The notes under the pieces: model-generated
The model's input: only the letters and a program-made list of their open reading frames with translations
What the model was told of the DNA's origin: nothing
The model's database searches: none
Shown here: piece by piece, positions 53,501 to 64,000 of the stretch
How the letters are laid out: each line of letters starts with the position of its first letter
How positions within the stretch are numbered: position 1 is the stretch's first letter
Assembly (NCBI GenBank): GCA_037447605.1
Contig: CM074804.1
Span: 1,364,001 to 1,428,000, forward strand
DNA length: 64,000 nucleotides
Origin: Zygnema circumcarinatum SAG 698-1b
Taxonomy: Eukaryota; Plantae; Zygnematophyceae
Reading direction: 5' to 3'
Made by a program: the position numbers and the translations under genes

Positions 53501-56500
53501 TCGAGGAGAGGCGGCGAAGCAGGTAAGCTCGAAATATTTGAATTCCTAAAACCCTAAAAAGCAATTCCGGGCCAGTACTGTAAATTGAAAAGCAGCCCTT
53601 TGCTCCCAGAATATGAGGAAGAATTGCCGAAAATCATTTACCTATGTCTTCTATTTTGAATGTAGAGGTGTAGGTCTAGTTTCCCTATGCTTCTCAGACA
53701 GAAAGAGACAAAAATCACCTTTATCTTCCTTTATCTGCTTTTTTATTTCTTTTTATTTCTTTTTCTTTTAACCGGATCTTTCTTTGGGTACTGTCCTATA
53801 CACTGAGTTTCCAGCAGATAAGAAAGGAAAAGAAGGGCAAATTTTCAAGGTTCAACTTATATGATACTTCTTGCAGAAGCATGTCTATAATTATTTACCG
53901 TTTTGCCAGCAATCGCTTCTGAATAGAATTTCAAATTTGGCCTATTTTTTGTCCCAAAATATTTTATGTTGCAGGCGGGCCTTTTAGTCTCTTTGTTGGC
54001 TAAACCCAGCGAGGGTTCAGACGACCTTTCAGAAAAAGTGGCGGCAGGTCTCGCCCACATTCGAGAACTTGCATTCAGTTCGAAATTCCGCGATCGACAA
54101 ATGTGAGCCTTTTCTTCATTCGCGATCAGTATATGCCAATCAATATTAATATCAATGTAAATATGAATATATATGTCCTATATGCATGCAAATATCTTGA
54201 CTTGGAAGCTTTCGGATTTTCCATGTCCTTCAAACACAGGATATTTGCGCTTTTGGGTCTTGACGTTTGGGTTCTTTTAGTTGGACATTTTTCTAAGTTT
54301 TTCTCGGATTTTTTTACCGCTATCAAGGCTCAAACTGCTCTCTATGTCGAGCGATTAGTTGTCGATCATTGATACGAAAACTCTGACCCTAAATTAAACT
54401 GTCGAATGCCTTAGAATTTCGGAGGTATTGTGTGCAATAGTAAAACTATAAAAAACCCAGAACTCTAAAAAATCCTAATAACTTAATCTATACTTTCGAT
54501 CCCTTGAGATTCTCCACGTGTGAAGCCCTTAACTCTGCAGAGAGTCGCGGGGAGTGGACAGGTTTGGAGTGGCCTGTACGGAACTAGTGAAGGGGCTCAG
54601 ATGTAGGACGGTAGTGGACGAACTCTTGCAGTCGCTTATTGTGGTGGCTAAGGTAAGACCACTCACTCTCTGCCTCTCCTTCTCCCTCTCGCTCTTCTTC
54701 TCACTCTCGCTCTCTATCGCCTCTCCCTCTCATTCTCCGCCTCCCTTCCTCTCCCGCTCTCCCCCCACCCCCCCCCTCCCCTTCCACCCCCTCCCCCCTC
54801 CCCCCCCCTCCCTCCCTCCCTCCCTCTCCTCCACCCTTACCCTCCCCTCCCTCTGCCCTTGCAGGACCCCGTGGCGAACGTCCGAGAGCTGTGGAGGACC
54901 TTCAGCCAGGCTGCGCCATGTTTTGGTTGAAATTTAGAAAATTAGAAAATTAGAAAATTAGAAAATTAGAAAATTAGAAAATTAGAAAATTAGAAAATTA
55001 GAAAATTAGAAAATTAGAAAATTAGAAAATTAGAAAATTAGAAAATTAGAAAATTAGAAAATTAGAAAATTAGAAAATTAGAAAATTAGAAAATTAGAAA
55101 ATTAGAAAATTAGAAAATTAGAAAATTAGAAAATTAGAAAATTAGAAAATTAGAAAATTAGAAAATTAGAAAATTAGAAAATTAGAAAATTAGAAAATTA
55201 GAAAATTAGAAAATTAGAAAATTAGAAAATTAGAAAATTAGAAAATTAGAAAATTAGAAAATTAGAAAATTAGAAAATTATAAATTATAAATTATAATTA
55301 TATTATATTATAATTATAATTATAATTATATTATATTATAATTATAAATTATAATTATAAATTATAATTATAATTATAAATTATAATTATATTATATTAT
55401 AATTATAATTATATTATATTATAATTATAATTATATTATATTATATTATATTATATTATATTATATTATATTATAATTATAAATTATAATTATAAATTAT
55501 AATTATAATTATAATTATAATTATAATTATATTATATTATAATTATAATTATATTATATTATATTATATTATAATTATAAATTATAATTATAAATTATAA
55601 ATTATAAATTATAAATTATAATTATAATTATAAATTATAATTATAAAATTAGAAAATTAGAAAATTAGAAAATTAGAAAATTAGAAAATTAGAAAATTAG
55701 AAAATTAGAAAATTAGAAAATTAGAAAATTAGAAAATTAGAAAATTAGAAAATTAGAAAATTAGAAAATTAGAAAATTAGAAAATTAGAAAATTATAAAT
55801 TATAATTATAATTATAATTATAAATTATAATTATAATTATAATTATAAAATTATAATTATAATTATAAATTATAATTATAATTATAAAATTAGAAAATTA
55901 GAAAATTAGAAAATTAGAAAATTAGAAAATTATAAATTATAAATTATAAATTAGGATTAGGGCTAGGGGCTAGGGGCTAGGGGCTAGGGGCTAGGGGCTA
56001 GGGGCTAGGGGCTAGGACCTGGGGTCTATGGTTCTGGGTCGAAACACAGTTGCTAGTGATTCGGGTGTTCTAAAACTTACACATGCAGGAAAGCCCGAAC
56101 TTTCTGTAATATGATGAGTAAGCCTCAAACCCTCATTTTCGTGAATTCCTTGAGGCCCTGAACCCTGGAAAGTGTCCATTGGCTGCAGAGGAGGAACTGG
56201 GAGGCCATCCGGACCTGCAGGCGGTGGTGATGGAGTTGGTGGCTGATAGCGACCGAGACGTGGCCTTTTGGGGGCAGCAGGCGCAGACCCACTCCAGAGA
56301 GAGAGTGGGGGAGAGGGAGAGGGAGAGGGAGAGGGAGAGGGAGGGAGAGAGGGAGCAGGCCACGCCAGGTGGGTCTCACCCTCCTCGCGAGAATCAGAAC
56401 AGCTCCAAGTTCCGCAGTGCCCTGTGATGGGATGAGGCAGAAGGGGGGTTCTCTATTTCTAGGGTTTTGAGTTTTGGAGGGATTAGGGTTTAGGATATTT

Positions 56501-56880
56501 GCACTTTTGGGGTTTTCGAGGTGCTGATTTCCCTCTCGCTGGAGGCAGTGGGAGGCGCAGAAGCGACACCTGGCGAGTCGGGAGTGGAGTATGTGGCTCA
56601 GTACAGAAATGGAGAGGATGCGGCGCTACAGGAAACAAGAGAACCTAATTTGGAGGGGGAGGGAGAGGGAGAGGAAGAGGGAGAGGACGAGGGCGGCGGG
56701 GACGGAGACGGAGACGGAGAGCGAGGGGGAGAATCAGAAAGGGAGAGCCTAGGGGAGGCGGAGCAGGGCAGAGAGGAGATTGGGAGATATGGAGAGAATG
56801 AGAGGGGAGGGGAAGATTCGCAGCAAGTGGGAGAGAGTCTCCGAGAGCTGACACTGAAGGAAGGGCCGCCAAGTGGCTGA
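47779..56880 (+). CDS. PPP4R1: Protein phosphatase 4 regulatory subunit 1-like HEAT-repeat protein; multi-exon (first exons 47779-47909, 48496-48661; stop at 56427 or, if spliced on, 56880)
   Basis: IDKFARSEIFVQR, DPEFRVRK, LSQDGVWAVRMACAE, DASNWVRDSALQMLGP, VRRTLGYSLHELA, DIDEVRMGV, DPVANVR and DSDRDVAFW parallel animal PP4R1 rather than PP2A-A. The 3' end is uncertain. Confidence 0.8.
49538..49600 (+). repeat. (GACTTCACTT)n 10-bp minisatellite directly after a donor site
   Basis: About six tandem copies. Confidence 0.85.
50540..51425 (+). repeat. Degenerate (AAACCCT/CCCTGAA)n tract before the PP4R1 acceptor at 51445
   Basis: Telomere-like units become denser toward the acceptor. Confidence 0.8.
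51690..52035 (+). repeat. Intronic compound minisatellite: CTCTGTGGACCTCTTGGATCT embedded in (CT)n
   Basis: The motif gtggacctcttggatc recurs about six times, separated by variable CT runs. Confidence 0.85.
54937..56016 (+). repeat. Intronic satellite: (GAAAATTA)n blocks, AT-only TTATA/TTATAA/TTATAAA blocks, ending in (GGGGCTA)n
   Basis: 43 tandem 8-bp units at 54937-55280; no G or C from 55274 to 55651; further 8-bp blocks to ~55950; (GGGGCTA)n at ~55960-56016. Confidence 0.95.
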
Positions 56881-58446
56881 CTCTGAAGTGGACACTTGTC
56901 AGCAGGACTATTGGTGATCGAATAGAATAAGTATATTTTGGAGAGGAGGTCGTAGGCGTCTTGGAACTGATCTAGTCTGATTGTCGCGTTCACGTTCATA
57001 GCCAAGCGGTAAAGCTTAGGGTCTCTCCTTCTCTCCCTCTCTCTCTCTCTCTCTTTCTCTTTCTCGCGTCCCATTGATTCTCAATTATAATTTGCAGGCG
57101 AGATGGAATATTTACTTCCACAAAGGCATCAGGTTGCACTGGCTCTCACCCGCATATTTTTTAGGGTTTGCAGGTAAGCGTCGTACACCCGCACACATCA
57201 TCACTCAATGAAGAAGCCACTGTTCCACCACTTCAAGCTGGAGATTTTTATGCAATGTCTTCCTCTCTGTCTCTCTCTCTCTCTATCTATCTATCTTTCT
57301 CTCTCCCCATCTCCCTCTTCCCTCCCCTCGCCTCCATTTTCCTTTTGACCTTCCTCGTCCCTCAGCCCCTCTACTGCTACTTATCTTATCATTCTCCGTT
57401 TCTGCATTCTTTCTACCTCCTCTCTGTTCGCTCCCTCCCATGTCTTCCTGAGCAGTGCCCTGCAGGGGAGTTGACCTTCTGAAAGCATTCTTCGTTTTTG
57501 GCAAGGCCCCAGGATGTGCTTATATTCTGCTGAATTGATTAGGATTGGTGGGATTTCGGGTTTAGGGATTTTAAATATGCGACGAGGGAGCAGGAATTTA
57601 TTTGCACGCATGGCGCATGTGCATGGGGGGCATTGGCATGCCATAGGGTGCGTCTTGTTCTTGTTTTGTCCATGGGCGCACCTTGTCAAGTTTTTCCAAA
57701 CGAATTGAATATGGAAGCTTTCTTTGCAATGCGTTTTTACCCCACATAGCCTTAAACTTCAAAATTTAAGATTCTAAGACCCTTAAAACCCTAAAACCTT
57801 GAAGCCTTAAAAACCTTGAGGCTTTAAAACCCTAAAAATCCTCGAACCCAAACCCCTAAAAGTATTCTTACGACTCTAAAACCCTAAATTCTTACAACTG
57901 ATTCGGTACTTGTCACTGCAACATTGTTGACATGTGCTGTCCCTTCATTTGTTACTCTCTTCAAAGTTGCCATCCCCGCTTATTGATTAGATTAGGACGT
58001 AAGACAGTCCTCTTTTGCTATCGATAATTCTTACGGGCAAGAATTCGTACAGACACTGTTATACATTCGAACAAAGGTACTTCAGGAGCTCATTGAGCTG
58101 CAGAGCCCTCCGCACACTCAATCTTGGTCTTTATTTTACCGAAGTCGAGTTCCTTGATGCTTCCTTTACCATCGGACCCTATCATGGACCAAGACGATCA
58201 CTTTATTCAACTCCCGCTCGTTGTTGTTCCGTTGCTTCCAACACCCTAAGTACCCTGAACCCTAAGCCATATACTCTAAAACCTTAAGCCTTGACCCTAA
58301 AGCCTATACCCTAATGCCTTAACCCCAAACCCTAAACCCCTAACCCTAAACTCCTAAGAAGCTAAACAAAAACAATTGCGGAGAATTGTATTATTGAGAC
58401 AGTTTGTACAAAATCAATCAATTGAATGTTGAGTCAGTTAACATCC

Positions 58447-60076
58447 CTACTGAATGTTCCCTCCGTACTTTGCTACGATGTGCTCCCAAGGCAACTTCCC
58501 ATCCTCCTGCAAAAAAATCGCCATCACATAATTTTTCATAGTGGGATCCACCACCTCACAAAACCGATCCTTCCACCCTTTGGGCTCCACTGGGTCCCAC
58601 CCTAACCCTTGGGCTCTATCCACCTTCATAAGGTTCCTAGACTCCTTCCAATCCACAACAAAAGTTGCCACCCTTCTGTGATATTTCATCTTAAAAATCT
58701 CCCAAACTTGGTATTTGTAATGGTTTATGTAAGCCCTCCTCCTCCAGTTTGCTGTCGCAAACTGCTCCTTCAAGTCGAAGGTGTGAACGACTCCACAATG
58801 AGGGGCATCCATGGCTTCCAAGAGGACCATCGATTTGTGCCGTTTTGGCTTCGCCTCCTTACAAACATAGTTCACCATTTGGCCCGAGGGAGGGAGACTT
58901 CGGAGCCCCGAAGGCCCATAGTCAAAGCACGGAAATCCGAACTGACCTACCGGCTTAGTTCCCTTGAATCTGTTCTTCCCTTTAACTATGAGCCTCTCTA
59001 TCGGAGTGCTGAGCCTCCATTTCCGCTTACGTTTCGATAAAGTGGCCAAATCTCCTGAGCTATTTGTCGCTTGAAAAGTAGCTTTAGGGTAGAGAAACTC
59101 ATCTACGTCTGTGAAGAGCATCCACTCACACTCTCTCTCTGCTCTCACAGCACAGTGAGCAAACCCTGCTTCTTGCGTTTTCAGCCAAGGCCAAGAATGC
59201 ACGGTGGCATTATAGGGCCTGAGGGCTTCCACTACCTCCTCCAAATTGTCATCACTGTTGTTATCGTAAAAGAAGAAGCGGCTCACTCCCAGATGAGCAT
59301 GGTACATTACCCATTCCGGAATGAACCTGGCCGAGTTCCAGATCATGGTACATGCACATACCCGATGAAGCTTAGCTGAACTCTCCTTCCCAGATCGACC
59401 CTCCTTCTCCGCCGACTCCCGCATTCTCCTTCGTACCCCTCCTCCACTCCCCAATTGAGCTAAATTCTCCTCAAAAAAAGTGTCCGCATTCAAATCCGGG
59501 TCGAAAAGCACAGCGGTGGGATGCCGCTTTCCGAATATTGTGAGAGCTACAGGGTGCCCCCGAACCTCCTCTCTCATTCCTTCCGGGGGGAGTTCACATA
59601 GGACATTTTCAGAGCATATTTTGAGCACCTTTGTGGAAAGCCCTCCCCTGAAAATGCAGCTTGAATTCGCCACTACGTCTTTAGGGATGTGGCGTTTCTT
59701 CTTGCTTGTGACCAGCCCCTTCACATAGAGAAGCAGACCGTTTTCCACAATCACTGAATCATATGCGAGGTCCTCCCAATCTTCCATCCCCCGATACTTC
59801 GCGATTGTGGGAAGCACCTTGCCGTCAATCTACATTTTTTATGAAGCAAAATGTAGAGGTCAGAATTTGAGGTATAGGTTTTTGGGTTGTATGGGATTAG
59901 GGTTTCATGGCTTGTGTGACGAGAAAGTAAGGGCTTTCAAGATCACGAAGAACAGAGAGAACTGCCTACATAAGGGCGAGCGGGACGAGGGAGTAAGATT
60001 CGGTGGGACATAAAGGGAATGCGGAAGTAGGGAATGGGAGCGAGGAGCGAGCGAGGAAGGAAAGAGAGAGAGAGAA

Positions 60077-60131
<55 letters not shown>

Positions 60132-62217
60132 CTCTTCACCTCCACTGTGACAGGTGTCCTCCTGAGGCGAGCCCTGAGGTTCGTCTCCGGGAATCTGCAG
60201 AGGACGGCGGCCCCGTCTCTGTGCAGTTTGGAGGCGTTGGTCCGCACCGCGCCGTCGTAGAGGCAGGCGACCTCCGCCCCGCGGTTTAGGGCTAAGCGGG
60301 GGCGCTTAACCGCGCGCACGAGCAGGAGGAGGTGAGAGTCGAACTGCACCGCCTTCCACACCACGGGGCCCTCCTCCGCCAGCCGGGCCAACCGCACGAA
60401 TCGTGCTGCGCGCACTGGACGGGAGGGAGGGAGGGAGAGAGGGAGGAAGGAGAGGGGNNNNNNNNNNGAGGGAGGGGGAGGGGGAGGGGGAGGGAGAGAG
60501 GGAGGGAGGGGAGAGAGGAAGAGGGGGAGAGGAAGAGGCGAGGGAGAGGGAGTAGTAGATGGGGGGAGAGACGGACGGGGAGAGGGAGTGGGGGAGAGAG
60601 AGGGGGAGAGCGAGAGAGGGGAAGAGAGGGAGGGGAGAAATGTTACTTTGATTTTGGAACCATAAAGGAAATTAAAAAATAACAGTTATTAGTAAATATA
60701 CAAGCTATATATAATAAGTAGACAGAAAAAATGCCGTACCTTCTTCGGCTGATTTCGGGCGCTCATTGTCATTCGAAGTTGGAGGTGCTTCCAGCGATTC
60801 AACTGGACAATGTAAACGCATAAAATTGAAAGTGGAGCAAAAAGCTTTTAAAATATAAAAGAGTCCAAACTTGAATTCCACGTAACATCGAGTAGTGGCG
60901 GGTTTTACATTTTCCTAAAATTTTAAAATTTTTCTTTACTGCTGGATGCTCTTAGATTCCCGTCAGTAATTTTAGGGGTTTGGAGGGGAAAACCATTCCA
61001 AAATGCACTAGTCAGTGAAACATGGACGGAAAAAAACCAATTCAGTTCACATTTCCGTTCAACTGACTCCGTTGCTCCATGTGGCCTCTGCGTCTTCCTC
61101 GTCCCAATGAAATTAAGCCATTTCCAACAGCGCCGCAAAAAGTGTATCGTCATAAACATTCCATGCTTTGCTGTAAACAAAAATTCACATTATGGAAGAT
61201 GTGCTGACCGACCAACACCAAAACCCGAATCTACACCAAAAACCTTACCTTAGCCTAAACCCTAAACCCTGACTTCCACTTGAACCTTTAACCTTAAACC
61301 TAGAGTATGCCTGAACCCTGAACTCCATTACCAACTAAGCCATCAGGGCTTAATCTATCTCAACCATCGATCCTGAGCCATAAACTTGAGGCCGACACTC
61401 TCAACCCTGTGATCTAAATCCTAAGCCCTGAAACCCTCACCCTGAACCCCTGAACCTTGAACCCTAATCCTGACCCCGTCAACCCTGAACGTTTGAACCC
61501 TAAACCCTAACCCTTGACCCCTAACCCACACCCTAAACCCCGAACCCTAACCCTAAACCCCTGAACCTTGAACCCTGAGTCCGAAAAAATCCTGAACGCC
61601 TGAACCCAAAACCCTGAACTCTAAACCCTGGACCCTGAAGACTGAACCCTGAGACCTAAACCTTGCACCCTGAACCCTAAAACCTGAACCCTAAACTCTG
61701 AACCCTACCCTAAACCCCTCAGCCCTGAACCCTAAACCCTTCACCCCCAAAGCCCTGAACCCTACCCTGAACCCTAAACACCTAAACCCTGAGCCCTGAA
61801 CAATAAACCCTAAACCTCTAAGACCTGAACCCTAAACCTTAAGCCCCTGAGCCCTGAACCTTAAACCTTAAAACCTAAACCCCTGAGCCCTGAACCCTAA
61901 ACCCCTAAGCCCTGAACCCTAAACCCCCTGAGAACCTCACCTGGACTTTCGCCTGCAACTGAAAAAACCGAAACCGGGACCGTAGCGGGCGATTCGACCG
62001 TCTCCAGAACGGAACCCGGATCTGCGTCGGACACTGAAACTGGAACTGAAACTGGAACTGAAACTGGTACTGGAACTGAACTCGCAAATGGATCCTCCGA
62101 TGGCACGGGCAAATATGTGCCCCCAATGTAGTAGAGCGCCCCCAGCGCGACCAGCACCAGCGCTGCCGCCCCCGCTCTGATCGCGACCTGAACCCTAAAC
62201 CCTGTCTCCCCCGCCAT
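58447..62217 (-). CDS. Glycosyltransferase family 92 (DUF23) type II membrane protein, 3 exons: 62217-61941, 60414-60140, 59829-58447
   Basis: N-terminal TM anchor and stem, then CACTMIWNSARFIPEWVMYHAHLGV, FFYDNNSDD, WPWLKTQEAGF, FTDVDEF (DxD) and HYKYQVWEIFK..RRVATFVVDW. Phases are consistent. Confidence 0.9.
61250..61930 (+). repeat. Degenerate (CCCTAAA/CCCTGAA)n tract in GT92 intron 1 (G-rich on the sense strand after the donor)
   Basis: Continuous imperfect heptamer units. Confidence 0.88.
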
Positions 62218-62653
62218 TCATGCGCAGGGACTGTACGGACGGGGCCCTTTCCCCTGAAAAACGCACGTGCTATGCCACGTGTCGCGAGGAGAATGGACTA
62301 CGACAGCACGCGCGTGCATGCCCGCCACAAGGCCATCACGTGGATGCGGATGAGGCTGCCACGTGGCAGCTGCCGATGGCGAAGGAAGGGCCGTGGAGGG
62401 TTCCGTCAGCCGAAGTCGTACGATCTGACGGAAATCTGTTCCACGGATCGCTGACTGATCCGTACAATAGGAACAGCAAAAAATGTCGTTTCGTACGGGA
62501 AACTTGTCACATGAAACGGCTCACCCGTGATACCGTACACTCAGCTCTGAAGTCTGAATTCTAAATCCTGAAGGGGTTTAGAACGTTCAGCAAAAATCCT
62601 GACGGGGCTGAAACCCTAAATTATAACGAGTGTTCGCTAAACCCAAATCCTAA

Positions 62654-63150
62654 CTGTGCCCGAAATGAAGCAGAACCCTCGACCCAAGCTGCCTGCAGCT
62701 CTAACCAAAACCTTCAAGCCTAACTGAATTTCAAACCCTAAACAAGCCGTCAACTCGACCCAAACCCTAACCCGAACCACACCTTAAACCCTACCTAAAC
62801 CTTCAACCCTAACCAAACCCCAAGCCCTAAACCCAAACCCTACTGTGCCCGAAATGAAGCAGAACCCTCGACCCAAGCTGCCTGCAGCTCTAACCAAAAC
62901 CTTCAAGCCTAACTGAATTCCAAACCCTAAACAATCCTTCAACTCGACCCAAACCCTAAACCCGAACCACACCTTAACCCCTACCTAAACCTTCAAACCT
63001 AACCAAACCCCAAGCCCTAGACCCAAACCCTCACCGTGCCCGAAATGAAGCAGAACCCTCAACCCAAGCTGCCTGCAGCTCTAACCAAAACCTTGAAGCC
63101 TAACTGAATTTCAAACCCTAAACAGGCCTCCAACTCTACCCAAACCCTAA
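62654..63150 (+). repeat. ~190-bp tandem repeat (~2.7 copies) upstream of N6AMT1
   Basis: GTGCCCGAAATGAAGCAGAACCCTC begins at 62656, 62845 and 63036 (periods 189 and 191). Confidence 0.9.
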
Positions 63151-63242
63151 ACCCTAACCAAAGCTTCCAGCCCACCCAACCCCTAAACCCTGCCCAAACC
63201 CTAAACTCTCAGCCCTTCTCCCTCCGCCCTTCCATCTCCTTC

Positions 63243-63893
63243 ATGACTGCTGCTTTCCCCAGCGCCGTCGCCGATCTACGGCTCGTAGCCTCCCACGTGG
63301 CAGTCTACGAGCCGTGCGATGACTCCTTCGCCCTGGCCGACGCCCTCTCCGCGGACCTCGCCCTCTTGCAGGCCCTCCGGCCCCTCCTCTGCGTGGAGGT
63401 CGGCAGCGGGAGTGGCTACGTGGCGGCCTCTCTGGCGCTCCTGCTGCGCCCCCTCCCTGTGCAAATATTCGCCACAGACATCAGCGTTCCGGCAGCCATA
63501 ACGACGCAGGCGACGCTGCGTTCACACGGCGTGAACGGAGAGGTGGTGGTGACATCACTGGTCGAAGGGATGCAGCGGCGGCTACATCACTCTGTGGATG
63601 TGATGTTGTTCAACCCTCCGTATGTGCCGACCCCCCCCGAGGAGGTGGGGAAGGAGGGGATCACGGCGGCGTGGGCGGGCGGGGAGAGGGGGAGGGAGGT
63701 GGTGGACAGAATGCTGCCACGTGTCAAGGACCTGCTGGCGGAGAAGGGCGTGTTCTACCTGGTGGCGCTGGCGGAGAACGACATCGGCGACATATCGCGG
63801 GTGATGTTGGGGGAGGGCTTCAGGGCGGCGACGGTGCTGGTGAGGAGGACGGAGGAGGAGACGCTCCATGTGCTGCGGTTCCGCCGTATTTGA
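63243..63893 (+). CDS. N6AMT1: HemK2/N6AMT1/MTQ2-type methyltransferase (eRF1 glutamine methyltransferase catalytic subunit), single exon, 216 aa
   Basis: VYEPCDDSFALADAL, EVGSGSGYV (SAM motif I), LFNPPYVPTP and AWAGGERGREV. Confidence 0.95.
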   Translation: MTAAFPSAVADLRLVASHVAVYEPCDDSFALADALSADLALLQALRPLLCVEVGSGSGYVAASLALLLRPLPVQIFATDISVPAAITTQATLRSHGVNGEVVVTSLVEGMQRRLHHSVDVMLFNPPYVPTPPEEVGKEGITAAWAGGERGREVVDRMLPRVKDLLAEKGVFYLVALAENDIGDISRVMLGEGFRAATVLVRRTEEETLHVLRFRRI

Positions 63894-64000
63894 GCGCATG
63901 GAGCGGCCGTAAGGCGTCCTTCCAGCACACGCTGGGGAGTGTGTATATACATTTGTTCCTTTTTTTCATGACATTTTTGACGATTGGAAAGTGGTCTGAA

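Noticed and set aside
56598-57074. Minus-strand ORF ...KLYRLAMNVNATIRLDQFQ...
   Set aside because: Antisense to the probable last PP4R1 exon and 3' UTR, starts in a GA microsatellite, and no homology is recognised.

Overview
Eukaryotic, intron-rich nuclear DNA of a green plant. The plant-type gene families, degenerate TTTAGGG tracts and microsatellite-filled introns suggest a streptophyte alga or early-diverging plant (inference). Ten spliced or single-exon genes were reconstructed by hand from GT-AG junctions: proline dehydrogenase (+), secreted DsbA/thioredoxin-fold protein (-), otubain-type deubiquitinase (+), an uncharacterised membrane protein with an HNH-like zinc domain (+), SNAPc subunit SNAP43/SNAPC1 (-), Trk/HKT cation transporter (-), dihydroxyacetone kinase (+), PP4 regulatory subunit 1 (+), GT92/DUF23 glycosyltransferase (-) and N6AMT1/MTQ2 methyltransferase (+). 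The most unusual element is a 1438-bp non-autonomous DNA transposon (22103-23540). It has 14-bp terminal inverted repeats and an exact 8-bp target-site duplication, and is filled almost entirely with alternating ACCAGT/ACTGGT palindromes; it lies about 215 bp upstream of SNAPC1. Other signals: position- and strand-biased telomere-like tracts in introns, CCGTAC and G-box clusters in promoter intervals, a ~1-kb TTA-based satellite and a ~190-bp tandem repeat. A 2.06-kb duplication flanking an N gap is probably an assembly artefact. Most entries in the ORF track are microsatellite read-throughs.
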